A DNA stretch of 63,262 nt, from positions 1-63,262 of the forward strand of contig JAYEPA010000262.1 in NCBI GenBank assembly GCA_034723545.1, written 5' to 3'. This document shows, one piece after another, positions 18,247-27,761 of the stretch; the stretch's first letter is position 1; each line of letters opens with the position of its first letter. The notes under the pieces were generated by a model. It was not told the origin of the DNA and did no database searches. It worked only from the letters and a program-made list of their open reading frames with translations. The DNA is from Thermodesulfobacteriota bacterium. Lineage in GTDB: Bacteria; Desulfobacterota; Desulfobulbia; Desulfobulbales; SURF-16. The position numbers were made by a program, and so were the translations under genes.

Positions 18247-18396
18247 CTGCAGGCCACCTTAAAAAATTGCTATTTCGTCCGATTTCTGCGTCACATCGAA
18301 AATCAAAATGTTCACATATGACAAATATGCTGCGCTTTTAATTTCGGCTCTCCCAGAACTCGAACGAAATATCTTATTTCTTAAGGCACCCTGCAA
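18247..18396. repeat. 150-bp inverted-repeat element
   Basis: Imperfect arms of about 35 nt: ctgcaggccaccttaaaaaattgctatttcgtccg versus cgaacgaaatatcttatttcttaaggcaccctgcaa. Confidence 0.45.
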
Positions 18397-18608
18397 TTAA
18401 TTTTTCTCTTTAAAATTTTATATGTGCGGGTATGGAAATGTCAAGAAAATGAATTTGAACGTCATGCAGCACTGAATGAGTAGGGAGGAAGGATTATCTG
18501 CCCATCCTACTCAAGTTGCCTTGATTGCAAAATCATTTCATGGGCTTTGGGGAAGGTGTTGAGTTATTAGTTTTGATGCTTGGGATTGGTAAGTGGTATA
18601 TTTTATGT

Positions 18609-18801
18609 GATTACCACTAATCTTCAGCCTCTTATGTAATAACTACTGAAAAACGTAGGGTGGGGTACGAATAGTTTGACACGTAGGAGCTCACCCCTGT
18701 GAGCGATAAGGGGCTCTGAGCAAAGGATTTACCCTTTATCGCCCGGAGGGCCGGGCTCCTACAGCACCGTGCGTAATTATGGCTGAGGTTCGTTGGTAAT
18801 C
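18609..18801. repeat. 193-bp inverted-repeat element with a strongly structured 80-nt core
   Basis: Arms gattaccactaatcttcagcc / ggctgaggttcgttggtaatc. Core 18683-18762 has an 8-bp closing stem plus three abutting hairpins. Confidence 0.5.
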
Positions 18802-18856
18802 ACAATATTTCAAGATCCCAAATTTTGTATTTGTCGACAGGAAAATTGTGGGATTT

Positions 18857-19828
18857 TTAGAATTCAATCATCCCAAACAGCATCCTGATAGCCAGAAACA
18901 GGAGCGTTGCCAGGGCCGATGTCAACAGCATAATCCTGATAGCTTGCCAAATGTGGAGATGGGTGATGGGCTTATCCGCGTCACCCAGGGTCTGTTTAGT
19001 CACTGTTTTGCCAAAATAGCGGCTCGCTCCGCCAAGCTGGATGCCAAGCGCCCCGGCCACCGCTGCCTCGGAATGGCCGGAGTTCGGGCTGGCATGTTTT
19101 TTTCGGTCCCGGATCAATATTTTTAGTGATTTTTTGGCATTGAGGCTAAGAAGAAACGAAGTCACCGGGACGAGGAGCCCGGTGAGCCGGGCCGGGATGA
19201 AGTTGGCAAGATCATCCAGCCTGGCTGAAGCCCAGCCGAATTTTATATATTTTTCGTTTTTGTAGCCGAACATGGAGTCGCCTGTGTTGATTACTTTGTA
19301 AAGCATGGCGCCCATAGGGCCGGCCAGGATTCCATAAAAGAGAGGCGCTGTCACGCCGTCCACCAAGCTTTCCGCCACGCTCTCCACGGTTGCCCGGCTG
19401 ACGCCTGCCTGGTCAAGCCTGCTCGTGTCTCGGCCGACGATCATGGCGACTCTCTGCCTGGCCTGGATCAGATCCTTGTCCCGCAGGGCATCGTAAACTT
19501 CTTTGCTGTGTTCGGTTAAATCTCTGGCGGCAAGTGTGGTGTAGAGAAGAAAAACGGCCGTCAGGTGGCCTAGCAGGGGGTGAAGCCATGCTGCGGCCCG
19601 AAGCAGGGCCATCACGCTCAGTCCGGTTATCAGCAACAGAAAGACAAGGGTCAATAGTCCCGCCAGCCGCTCATTGCGGATAAAGCGGCGGGAGATGTTT
19701 TCAGCTATTGTGGCCAGAGCGCCGATGAGTCGGACAGGATGGGGGAACCAGCGTGGATCGCCGAGAAGAAGGTCGAGGAGGATGGCCCCAAGGGGATAAA
19801 GAATAATGGTGAAAAAATGGATATCCAT
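18857..19828 (-). CDS. cbiB: adenosylcobinamide-phosphate synthase CbiB/CobD
   Basis: 323-aa membrane protein with ASPNSGHSEAAVAGALGIQLGG motif. Confidence 0.9.
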   Translation of the reverse strand: MDIHFFTIILYPLGAILLDLLLGDPRWFPHPVRLIGALATIAENISRRFIRNERLAGLLTLVFLLLITGLSVMALLRAAAWLHPLLGHLTAVFLLYTTLAARDLTEHSKEVYDALRDKDLIQARQRVAMIVGRDTSRLDQAGVSRATVESVAESLVDGVTAPLFYGILAGPMGAMLYKVINTGDSMFGYKNEKYIKFGWASARLDDLANFIPARLTGLLVPVTSFLLSLNAKKSLKILIRDRKKHASPNSGHSEAAVAGALGIQLGGASRYFGKTVTKQTLGDADKPITHLHIWQAIRIMLLTSALATLLFLAIRMLFGMIEF

Positions 19829-19855
19829 TCTGTTTTGAATTCAGAGGAGATCGGT

Positions 19856-20608
19856 TTAGGATTGTGATCCCGAGGCAGGCCCGTTGGATTTGCTGCTTTT
19901 GGCCGCGAGTGCTTCGATTTTTTTGCCGATCTGGCCGGGAGTAATGGCGCAGGAAGCGGCAATTTCGCTCCAGCTTTGTCCTTTGTCCAGATAACCGCTT
20001 GCCAACTCTTCCGGCGATCTTGCGCACTCATGGGACAGGGCAAGCAGCACAACAATCATTTTGTCGTCGAGACCATTTGCGCGAAACTCTTTTATTTTAT
20101 TTTCACTCACACTGAAACAGTCTTCGATCACAGCAGCGCTTGCCCGGGCAGTCGCTGATTCTTCATTGCCGGCGCTGAGCGCAAGCACGACTTTATCCTT
20201 TTTCCGGCTTGAATTGATTTCAGCAGAACTGACAATTTGCTGCCAGGAAAGACCGGTTGCACGTTCTTTGAGAAACTGTTGAAAGTCCGTATCAAGAATG
20301 CGGGACAGGTAGAGGGCTGTGAGCAGATCTGCAGAACCGACACCATGCTGCATCTTAAGCATGATGATTGACTTTTTGGAAACAGGGTACATTCCAGCCA
20401 GGAGAGAGTTGAAGCCGGTTGCCAGCATATAGTCGTCTGCCGCAAATTTCCGGGTTGCATTGTACTCGCGGTTTTGAAAGCAATGACAGTTGATAGCTGA
20501 CTCGGCCAGGCAGGGTTCTGCCGACCATAGAAATGGTGTAATCAACACCATCAGGATCTTGAGAGTATTGAGACACGGTGAAGAAAGTTTTTGTTTATTA
20601 ATTGTCAT
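19856..20608 (-). CDS. secreted hypothetical protein
   Basis: 250-aa ORF with signal-like N-terminus (ILMVLITPFLWSAEPCLA) and internally repeated G-x-SW-x-x-I segments. No family recognised. Confidence 0.6.
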   Translation of the reverse strand: MTINKQKLSSPCLNTLKILMVLITPFLWSAEPCLAESAINCHCFQNREYNATRKFAADDYMLATGFNSLLAGMYPVSKKSIIMLKMQHGVGSADLLTALYLSRILDTDFQQFLKERATGLSWQQIVSSAEINSSRKKDKVVLALSAGNEESATARASAAVIEDCFSVSENKIKEFRANGLDDKMIVVLLALSHECARSPEELASGYLDKGQSWSEIAASCAITPGQIGKKIEALAAKSSKSNGPASGSQS

Positions 20609-20618
20609 TATTATAAGG

Positions 20619-21728
20619 TTAGGAAAATGGTTGTTCCGCCAGGCGGGCGACTAAAAATGAAGCAATCTGATCAGCGCCGTTTTCTTTCACAACAGGTCCT
20701 TGTTTCATGGTCAGTAGTTCAGGCAATTTTTTCAGCCACTTTCCGTTGAGAAATTTTTCCTCGTCGATGGCTGTTCCTGTCATTTTACGTTCAATAAAGT
20801 CTACCAGGATCTCTGCTTCAGGGAAACGTTTTCGGCTGATATAGCCCACCGGCACACCGGCTTGATACGCCTCGGCAAGAGTGCTGTAACCCACCTTGCA
20901 GATGAGTGCATCGCAACCAGACACCAGATCCACGTGCGAAATCCCTGAATTTTGCCCAAGAAGAAGCGCATTTTTACTTAATTGCCGAGTTTTGTCTGTG
21001 CCGGCAATAATAAAGAAGATGTTTGAATAGCGCGTAAGAGATTTCAAAAAAGGCAGATCCATGGGGACACCGCCCATACTGATTAAAACAATTTTTTTTG
21101 TGTTCGCGGGGAAAAGTTTCCTGATTTCCGCAGGCTTTAAATGGTTTTTTCTGAAGACAGGTCCGACACTGAGATCCACTTTACCAGGTCGGCAAACCGG
21201 CTCTGTCTGGATATGAAAGAAGGCCTGCCGGAACCAGTTGTCAAGATACTCCGCATAATACTGGAGACGGGGCTCTATTGCAAAATATGGTTGATAAATC
21301 CAGTCCCAGGTAAAGTTTTCAATGAGAGCTGATGGCAGGCCACACTTTTTAGCCACGGCGATGCCAAGGGGCGCGATATCACAGAGGATGAGGGAGCATT
21401 GTTTGCACTCTTGGCCAAGAGAAGCGATCAGGTCGGGATCATACGGCAGCAGATGTGACAGTTCCTCAAGGGTTTGACCGGGATTTTCCTGCAGGGCATT
21501 GTGCTGCACAAGGCCGACATCCGTCAGTTGCTGGTGATAGATGAAACAGTCAAGTGATTCGCGAAAGAGCCATTCCGGCACAGTGGTAAATATATGGAAA
21601 AACAGGCCGGGACGTTGTTGTATCATGCTCTGCATGACGGCAATGGCCCTGGTGGCATGACCAAAACCATGGGAAGAGATGAAAAAAGCTATCTGCATGG
21701 CAAATCGTGATGCCGCAGCCCATCCCAC
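20619..21728 (-). CDS. glycosyltransferase (GT-B, GT28/MGDG-synthase-like); start uncertain (GTG 21728 or ATG 21698)
   Basis: N-terminal FFISSHGFGHATRA motif and C-terminal KVGYSTLAEA motif typical of GT1/GT28-like enzymes. Confidence 0.7.
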   Translation of the reverse strand: MGWAAASRFAMQIAFFISSHGFGHATRAIAVMQSMIQQRPGLFFHIFTTVPEWLFRESLDCFIYHQQLTDVGLVQHNALQENPGQTLEELSHLLPYDPDLIASLGQECKQCSLILCDIAPLGIAVAKKCGLPSALIENFTWDWIYQPYFAIEPRLQYYAEYLDNWFRQAFFHIQTEPVCRPGKVDLSVGPVFRKNHLKPAEIRKLFPANTKKIVLISMGGVPMDLPFLKSLTRYSNIFFIIAGTDKTRQLSKNALLLGQNSGISHVDLVSGCDALICKVGYSTLAEAYQAGVPVGYISRKRFPEAEILVDFIERKMTGTAIDEEKFLNGKWLKKLPELLTMKQGPVVKENGADQIASFLVARLAEQPFS

Positions 21729-21790
21729 TCCTTAAGGGAGAGGGATGGGGTAGGGGATATGCATATTAATAAAACTGATTTCATGAACGA

Positions 21791-23194
21791 CTAAAGAAGA
21801 TCTCTAACCTCACGTCCTTCCTTCATGTCGGTTCCTTCCAGATAACGTTTAATGGATTCGGCGGCAACCTTGGCCTGATAGATGGCCTTGGCTGCGGTCT
21901 GGGGTCCGAGTACTGCATCTCCAGCCGTAAAAATTCCGTCTTCCGAGGTCTGCATGGTCACGTGATCAACCACATAGGTGCCCCAGCTGGTCAGTTCGAA
22001 ATCAATTCCTTTATCCATAAGGTGGTTGACATTCTGGCTGATGGCCGGAATGATGGCGTCCGCCTCAATCATAAAATTCGAACCTTCAATCACCACCGGA
22101 CGGCAGCGGCCTGAAGTGTCGCATTCGCCAAGTTTCATGCGCAGACATTCTATTTTAGTAAGTTTGCCGTTTTCTCCGTGAATCTTGATTGGAGCCGCCA
22201 GCATTTCAATTTTAACGCCCTCTTCCTCAAGATGGTCGATTTCCGCCTTGGCAGCCGGCATTTCCGCCTTGGTACGGCGGTAGAGGATAAAGACCTTGTC
22301 CGAGCCGGTTCTCAAGGCTGTTCTGGCCACATCTATTGCGACATTTCCGCCGCCGACCACCACAACATTTTTACCCAGATTCAGGTTTTCACCCAGGTTC
22401 ACGCGCCGCAGGTAGTCAACGCCATGAAGAACACCGTCGAGATCCTCGCCCTCGATGCCGAGCTTTCTGCTATCATGGGCACCGACAGCATGGAATACCG
22501 CGTCATACTCTTCCTGAAGCTGTTCAATGGTAATATCCTTGCCGATAGTAACATTGTTTTTTACTGTTACACCACAGCTTTTCAGGGCGTCAAATTCGGC
22601 CTCGACAATATCACGCGGCAAGCGATAGGCAGGGATTCCCACAGTCAACATGCCGCCATCGATAGGCAGGCTTTCAAAAATTGTGCAATGATACCCCTCG
22701 TGGGCGAGATAATAGGCCACGGTCATGCCGGCCGGGCCGGATCCGACAATGGCGACTTTTTTATTTCTGGGCAGGGCGCATTCGCGGGAAAGATCCTTGC
22801 CATTGGCCACCATCCAGTCGACGATGTAACGTTCCAGCATGCCGATTGCAACCGGATCACCTTTCTTGCCGCGAACACAGGAGCCTTCGCATTGAAATTC
22901 ATGGGGACAAACCCGGGAACAGACAGCAGGCAGAGAGCTTTTATCCCGAATGACCCAGTAGGCCTCTTCGACTTTTCCGTCCCGCAGCAGGGAAATAAAC
23001 TCAGGAATCCTGTTGTTAATGGGACATCCGTTGCGGCAGGTCGGTTTTTTGCACTGCAGACAGCGATTTGCCTCCCGCACCGCGGTTTCTTCGTCAAATC
23101 CCGCAGTCACCTCTTCAAAATTGGTAATACGATAGGCCACATCAAGTTCATCGGGATGTTGCCGCTCTATAGCCATACGTTCTTTTGGTTTCAT
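21791..23194 (-). CDS. NAD(P)H-dependent glutamate synthase small-subunit-like oxidoreductase (GltD family)
   Basis: N-terminal Cys clusters (CLQCKKPTCRNGCP; CSRVCPHEFQCEGSC) and two dinucleotide folds (VAIVGSGPAG; VVVVGGGNVA). GGAGG RBS. Confidence 0.85.
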   Translation of the reverse strand: MKPKERMAIERQHPDELDVAYRITNFEEVTAGFDEETAVREANRCLQCKKPTCRNGCPINNRIPEFISLLRDGKVEEAYWVIRDKSSLPAVCSRVCPHEFQCEGSCVRGKKGDPVAIGMLERYIVDWMVANGKDLSRECALPRNKKVAIVGSGPAGMTVAYYLAHEGYHCTIFESLPIDGGMLTVGIPAYRLPRDIVEAEFDALKSCGVTVKNNVTIGKDITIEQLQEEYDAVFHAVGAHDSRKLGIEGEDLDGVLHGVDYLRRVNLGENLNLGKNVVVVGGGNVAIDVARTALRTGSDKVFILYRRTKAEMPAAKAEIDHLEEEGVKIEMLAAPIKIHGENGKLTKIECLRMKLGECDTSGRCRPVVIEGSNFMIEADAIIPAISQNVNHLMDKGIDFELTSWGTYVVDHVTMQTSEDGIFTAGDAVLGPQTAAKAIYQAKVAAESIKRYLEGTDMKEGREVRDLL

Positions 23195-23295
23195 AGCACC
23201 TCCTTCTCTTTAATCAATGAGAAAACGAAAAAGCTGAACAGTCAGATGATTAGTACCTTACGTCTGAACTTCTAGCATAAAAAAACTAGAAACAG

Positions 23296-23373
23296 CTTTT
23301 GAAATAAGGACTTTCCTCTACGACAAGGCACTTATCCTGAAAAATCTTGTGTTTTCTTCCGCTTTAGTGGGTT
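23296..23373 (+). repeat. dispersed repeat family B, partial copy
   Basis: cctctacgacaaggcacttatcctgaaaaatcttgtgttttcttccgctttagtgggtt aligns with the ends of the other two copies. Confidence 0.55.
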
Positions 23374-23527
23374 TGATCTCAACCGGAAACAGCGCAGGGA
23401 AGAGATTTTAAAATTTTTTATCTGGGAGTAGAAATACGTAATTATACGGATAATCAGCGGGTTACACTAAGGAAGGGAAAAGGTAATACGTTTTTCAGTA
23501 GTTTTCATTATTAAAATTGATTTTTAC

Positions 23528-23562
23528 AAAAAAAAAAGGCTGCAGGTAATTAACCTGCAGCC
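23528..23562 (-). terminator. rho-independent terminator after atpE
   Basis: Stem ggctgcaggt/acctgcagcc, followed on the minus strand by T10. Confidence 0.85.
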
Positions 23563-23607
23563 TTGAAGGTGCAAAAATCTCAGGGGATTAACCCCTGATA
23601 ATCTCTC

Positions 23608-23997
<390 letters not shown>

Positions 23998-24007
23998 TTA
24001 AAATTTA

Positions 24008-24730
24008 TCAATGAGCGTGTTCAATCGCACCTTTACAGTAGATCAAGGTCAGCAGTACAAAAACCATTGTCTGGACGACGGAAACCAGGACGCCAAGGCA
24101 GAGAATCGGCAGCGGTCCAAAGTAGGCGCCGGCCAGCAGGAACAGGATTGCCAGCAGAGTTTCTTTCGCCATGATGTTGCCGAAGAGACGAATGGAGAGA
24201 GAAAGAAGACGGGCAAGATTACTGATGAGCTCAATGGGAAGCATGAGCGGGATCAGGGCAGGCATGGGCCCTGTAAAATGTTTGATGTATCCAATGCCGT
24301 GAATTTTGAGACCCAGGAAATGATGAACAACCCAGACAATAAGGGTGCATCCAAGGGTAATATTAATGCTGGAAGTAGGTGACATGAAGCCCGGCATTAA
24401 TCCAATGAGATTGGAGACAAGAATATACAGGGCAAATGTCGTAATAAGGGGAAAAAGAGCCTTGGCATAGTGCTCGCCAATCATTTCTTCATAAAAATCA
24501 GCAAGGAATCCCAGAATGGCTTCCCAGAAGTTTTGACCTTTGCCGGGGATTAATTCCATATTTCCCAACGTCAGTTTCGGCATAATGATCAGAAACGCCA
24601 TAACCAGCCAGGTATAGGTCATGTATGGCTCGCAAAGTTTTTCGAGCATCCCATGGCCGATTGGGCCATGCGGAACCGGCAGTCCCAGTTTTTCCAATAT
24701 AATAGAAATAAATAGTATTGGATGTTCCAT
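24008..24730 (-). CDS. atpB: F0F1 ATP synthase subunit a
   Basis: 240-aa polytopic protein with the LSLSIRLFGNIMAKE motif (conserved Arg). Confidence 0.9.
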   Translation of the reverse strand: MEHPILFISIILEKLGLPVPHGPIGHGMLEKLCEPYMTYTWLVMAFLIIMPKLTLGNMELIPGKGQNFWEAILGFLADFYEEMIGEHYAKALFPLITTFALYILVSNLIGLMPGFMSPTSSINITLGCTLIVWVVHHFLGLKIHGIGYIKHFTGPMPALIPLMLPIELISNLARLLSLSIRLFGNIMAKETLLAILFLLAGAYFGPLPILCLGVLVSVVQTMVFVLLTLIYCKGAIEHAH

Positions 24731-24733
24731 AAG

Positions 24734-25132
24734 TTACGAAGCCTCCCCCAAATTAAAAAAAATTCTTTTTGTCTCGGGCGCCACGGTGATGCCTATACTG
24801 AAGAGCACCGTTGACAACCCAGTTAGTAATCCGCCAATATTTAAAGTACCGTACTTGACTACGCAAAACAGAATCGCAACCAGTACAGACAATCTCGCAT
24901 AATATTTAATCAGGAAACGACCCTTCACCGCTGTCAGCGGTCCCTTCATGAGACGGGTCAGGTCTCTTTTCATCAATTCAAAGCTGATACAGGAAATCAG
25001 GCTGCCGACAAAAATTGCCTGGGCCATTGCCGCAGAAAAGGCCAGCCAGCCGGCCAGGCTCATAATCACCATCAGCAGCAAGTTGTAAAGCCGAACTTTG
25101 TTCAGTGAGATTTCAGGAGCCTGGTCGATCAT
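24734..25132 (-). CDS. atpI: ATP synthase protein I-like
   Basis: 132-aa, 4-TM small protein immediately upstream of atpB. Confidence 0.7.
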   Translation of the reverse strand: MIDQAPEISLNKVRLYNLLLMVIMSLAGWLAFSAAMAQAIFVGSLISCISFELMKRDLTRLMKGPLTAVKGRFLIKYYARLSVLVAILFCVVKYGTLNIGGLLTGLSTVLFSIGITVAPETKRIFFNLGEAS

Positions 25133-25359
25133 TGAAGCTCTTTTTTTTTGGTTATCTGGTAGAGATTTTTAAAGGCCGCCGCCACACCAAATCCCAAAAA
25201 AATAAGGGTCAGCCAAGGCTTCGTTCTACCGCCGAAAACTTTGTTGTCCAAGTAGTAGCCAATACCGACACCAATGAAAATCGAGAAGGCAACCGTCATG
25301 CCGATCGTGCTGAAATCTGTCAGCATGTTAAATACTTCTTTACGTTGCTTACTGGACAT
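25129..25359 (-). CDS. atpZ: AtpZ/AtpI family small membrane protein
   Basis: 76 aa with 2 TM segments. Overlaps atpI by 4 nt at the head of the atp F0 cluster. Confidence 0.7.
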   Translation of the reverse strand: MSSKQRKEVFNMLTDFSTIGMTVAFSIFIGVGIGYYLDNKVFGGRTKPWLTLIFLGFGVAAAFKNLYQITKKKELQ

Positions 25360-25398
25360 AACCTTCTCTCTTGTGGAAGCCAGTTAAATTTCGCAGAA

Positions 25399-25427
25399 TT
25401 TTTAGCATGGTATCAAGTCAAAGTCAA
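25399..25427 (-). promoter_or_regulatory. candidate promoter for the atpZIBE cluster
   Basis: On the minus strand, TTGACT, a 17-nt spacer, then TAAAAA. Lies about 40 nt upstream of the atpZ start. Confidence 0.3.
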
Positions 25428-25435
25428 CGGCTTTT

Positions 25436-26728
25436 TTAGCTATTTGCCATTTTTCTGAATACCCATTCAGTCTTCTCTAGGGTCTTTGCCAGGTCATTTT
25501 CGCTCTGGGCCGCGGATATAAAAGCACCCTCAAATTGAGATGGAGCCAGATAAATTCCCTGGTTCAGCATTTCTCGGTAGAAAAATGAATATTTTTCCGT
25601 ATCCGCTTTCATGGCGGAATCGAAATCAGTGACCGGGTCACCCGTGAAAAATGTCGTCATCACTGAACCGGCCCGGTTCAGGGTTGTCTGCGGAATATAT
25701 TTTGCTGCCAGCTGTTGCAGCTCGTTTGCGAATTTTTTCGCCTTCTCGTTAAGACCCTGGTAAAAGCCTGGTTCTTTAAGGATCTTTAAAGTAGCCACAC
25801 CAGCAGCCATGGCCAAGGGATTACCGGACAGGGTGCCGGCCTGGTAAACCGGACCTTCAGGGGCAATGTGGGCCATGATTTCTTTTTTACCGCCATAGGC
25901 GCCCACCGGCAGTCCGCCGCCGATGATTTTACCCAGACAGGTCAGATCCGGCATGATATTGAATTTTTCCTGGGCTCCGCCATAGCTCAGCCTGAAGCCG
26001 GTGATGACTTCATCAAAAATCAAAAGGATACCTAATTCAGAGGTCAGATCCCGTAATTTCTGCAGGAAATTTTGCTGTGGCAGAACAACTCCCATGTTGG
26101 CGGCCACTGGTTCCATGATCACACAGGCAATGTCAAGGGAATCGTCACGCAGGGTCTTTTCCAGGATATCAATATTATTATAAGGTATAGACACCGTATT
26201 TTTAACAATATCTTCCGGCACACCGGGAGTGCCGGGAATTCCCAGGGTAATCAATCCTGAACCGGCCTTCACCAGGAAAGAGTCGGCATGACCGTGATAG
26301 CAGCCGTCAAATTTTATCACCACATTTTTTCCGGTATAGCCCCTGGCTAGCCGGATGGCGCTCATGGTTGCCTCGGTGCCGGAATTAACAAAGCGGACCT
26401 TCTCCACCGCAGGCAGGGCTTCCGTGACCAGTTCGGCCAGCTCCACCTCCAGGGGCGTCGGGGCGCCAAAGCTTGTGCCGTTTGCCAGGGCCTTTTGCAC
26501 GGCTTCTACTACGGCCGGATGGTTGTGACCCAGAATCATCGGTCCCCAGGAACAGACAAAATCAATAAATTCATTGCCGTCAACATCATATATTTTTGAA
26601 CCGGCTGCCCGTTCGATAAAAAGAGGATTACAGCCGACTGATTTACAGGCCCTGACCGGGCTGTTGACCCCACCGGGAATAAGTTGTTGAGCCTTGGAAA
26701 AAAATGATTCTGATTTTTCGCGTTGCAT
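25436..26728 (-). CDS. hemL: glutamate-1-semialdehyde 2,1-aminomutase
   Basis: 430 aa with [20 protein letters not shown] and [11 protein letters not shown] motifs. Confidence 0.95.
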   Translation of the reverse strand: MQREKSESFFSKAQQLIPGGVNSPVRACKSVGCNPLFIERAAGSKIYDVDGNEFIDFVCSWGPMILGHNHPAVVEAVQKALANGTSFGAPTPLEVELAELVTEALPAVEKVRFVNSGTEATMSAIRLARGYTGKNVVIKFDGCYHGHADSFLVKAGSGLITLGIPGTPGVPEDIVKNTVSIPYNNIDILEKTLRDDSLDIACVIMEPVAANMGVVLPQQNFLQKLRDLTSELGILLIFDEVITGFRLSYGGAQEKFNIMPDLTCLGKIIGGGLPVGAYGGKKEIMAHIAPEGPVYQAGTLSGNPLAMAAGVATLKILKEPGFYQGLNEKAKKFANELQQLAAKYIPQTTLNRAGSVMTTFFTGDPVTDFDSAMKADTEKYSFFYREMLNQGIYLAPSQFEGAFISAAQSENDLAKTLEKTEWVFRKMANS

Positions 26729-26743
26729 TGTTGTCTCCTATGT

Positions 26744-26764
26744 AAGGCTGAAGGCTGAAGGCTG
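26744..26764 (-). repeat. 3 perfect heptads (AAGGCTG on + strand; CAGCCTT on the hemL sense strand)
   Basis: aaggctg x3 at 16-36 nt upstream of the hemL start codon. Confidence 0.7.
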
Positions 26765-27003
26765 TAGGGGGAAAAGGTAAAATCGTCAACTCTTTCGCCT
26801 TGCGCCTGCAACCTGCGTATTTTAAAAAGACTTATAAAAATTGATAAAAATCTAAGAGATATATCAGGTTCTACAGGTTAGAATCGATATGAAACCGTGA
26901 GCCGCATATTTTGGATATTATCTATTCAAGAGCATGAAGATAAAGAAGACTGCCCCGTCCGTCGAGCCTTTTTTGTTATTTTGATAAAATAATATGATGA
27001 TTC

Positions 27004-27039
27004 CGGCCTTTAGCCTTCAACCTTCAACCTGCAAACCTT
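27004..27039 (+). repeat. CCTT-core heptad array directly upstream of the nucleoside phosphorylase gene
   Basis: cggcctt tagcctt caacctt caacctg caaacctt, ending 4 nt before the ATG at 27044. Confidence 0.65.
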
Positions 27040-27043
27040 CTGT

Positions 27044-27757
27044 ATGAAAGAATGTATCATTAATCCGGAACGCGGGAAAAATGACCCGCAACTTCCTGCT
27101 GGTGGATTTCTGCTGATCAACCCGGCCGAGGCCCATACTGCGGCACAATTCGCCAACGCCCAAGCAGGACAGAGATCTTTTTTGTATCACAGCAGTCTTT
27201 TTGTCATAAATCAACCGGAAGCCTCTTTTTTTCTGGCCGGGCCAGCCGTGGGCGCACCCATGGCCGTGATGACACTGGAAAAACTCATTGCCCTGGGCGC
27301 TGCAAAAGTGGTCGTTCTGGGTTGGTGCGGGTCATTGAGTCAATCACTTCATGTTGGCGACATCCTGTTGCCCACATGGGCTGTAAGTGAAGAAGGCACT
27401 TCAAACCATTATCCGCTTCAGGACAAGCCCCATTCTTCGGAAAATCTGCGTACACAGCTGAAGACTATTCTGTGGTCGGAGTTCCAGGTTCAGGAGGGGC
27501 CGATCTGGACAACCGATGCCCCCTATCGTGAGACCCGTGCCAAGGTGACGAAGTATGGCGACAGGGGAATTCTGGGCGTGGACATGGAGTTTGCAGCGCT
27601 TAACACGGTTGCCGCCTTCAGGGGAGTTGAAGTGGCCGGTGCCATGCTGATCTCGGATGAGCTTTATCAGCCGGAATGGCGACCGGGTTTTTTGTCAAAA
27701 TCGTTCAGGAAACAATCCAGAAAATTTTTCCAGCTCCTTGTTGATAATTTTTTTTAA
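27044..27757 (+). CDS. nucleoside phosphorylase family protein (PNP_UDP_1)
   Basis: 237 aa with GPAVGAPMAVMTLEKLIALGA and VDMEFAAL motifs typical of the uridine/purine phosphorylase fold. Confidence 0.75.
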   Translation: MKECIINPERGKNDPQLPAGGFLLINPAEAHTAAQFANAQAGQRSFLYHSSLFVINQPEASFFLAGPAVGAPMAVMTLEKLIALGAAKVVVLGWCGSLSQSLHVGDILLPTWAVSEEGTSNHYPLQDKPHSSENLRTQLKTILWSEFQVQEGPIWTTDAPYRETRAKVTKYGDRGILGVDMEFAALNTVAAFRGVEVAGAMLISDELYQPEWRPGFLSKSFRKQSRKFFQLLVDNFF

Positions 27758-27761
27758 CTAA

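Noticed and set aside
18683-18762. tRNA or tRNA-like gene
   Set aside because: It folds as a cloverleaf-like junction, but it lacks T-loop (GTTCRANYC) and D-loop consensus. The arm sizes are wrong (an 11-bp arm with an 18-nt loop; 4-nt loops elsewhere).
22178-23275. 365-aa ORF on the + strand
   Set aside because: It lies entirely antisense to the well-supported gltD-like gene (Fe-S and dinucleotide-binding motifs on the - strand). Its low-complexity composition has no family motifs, so it is a typical shadow ORF.
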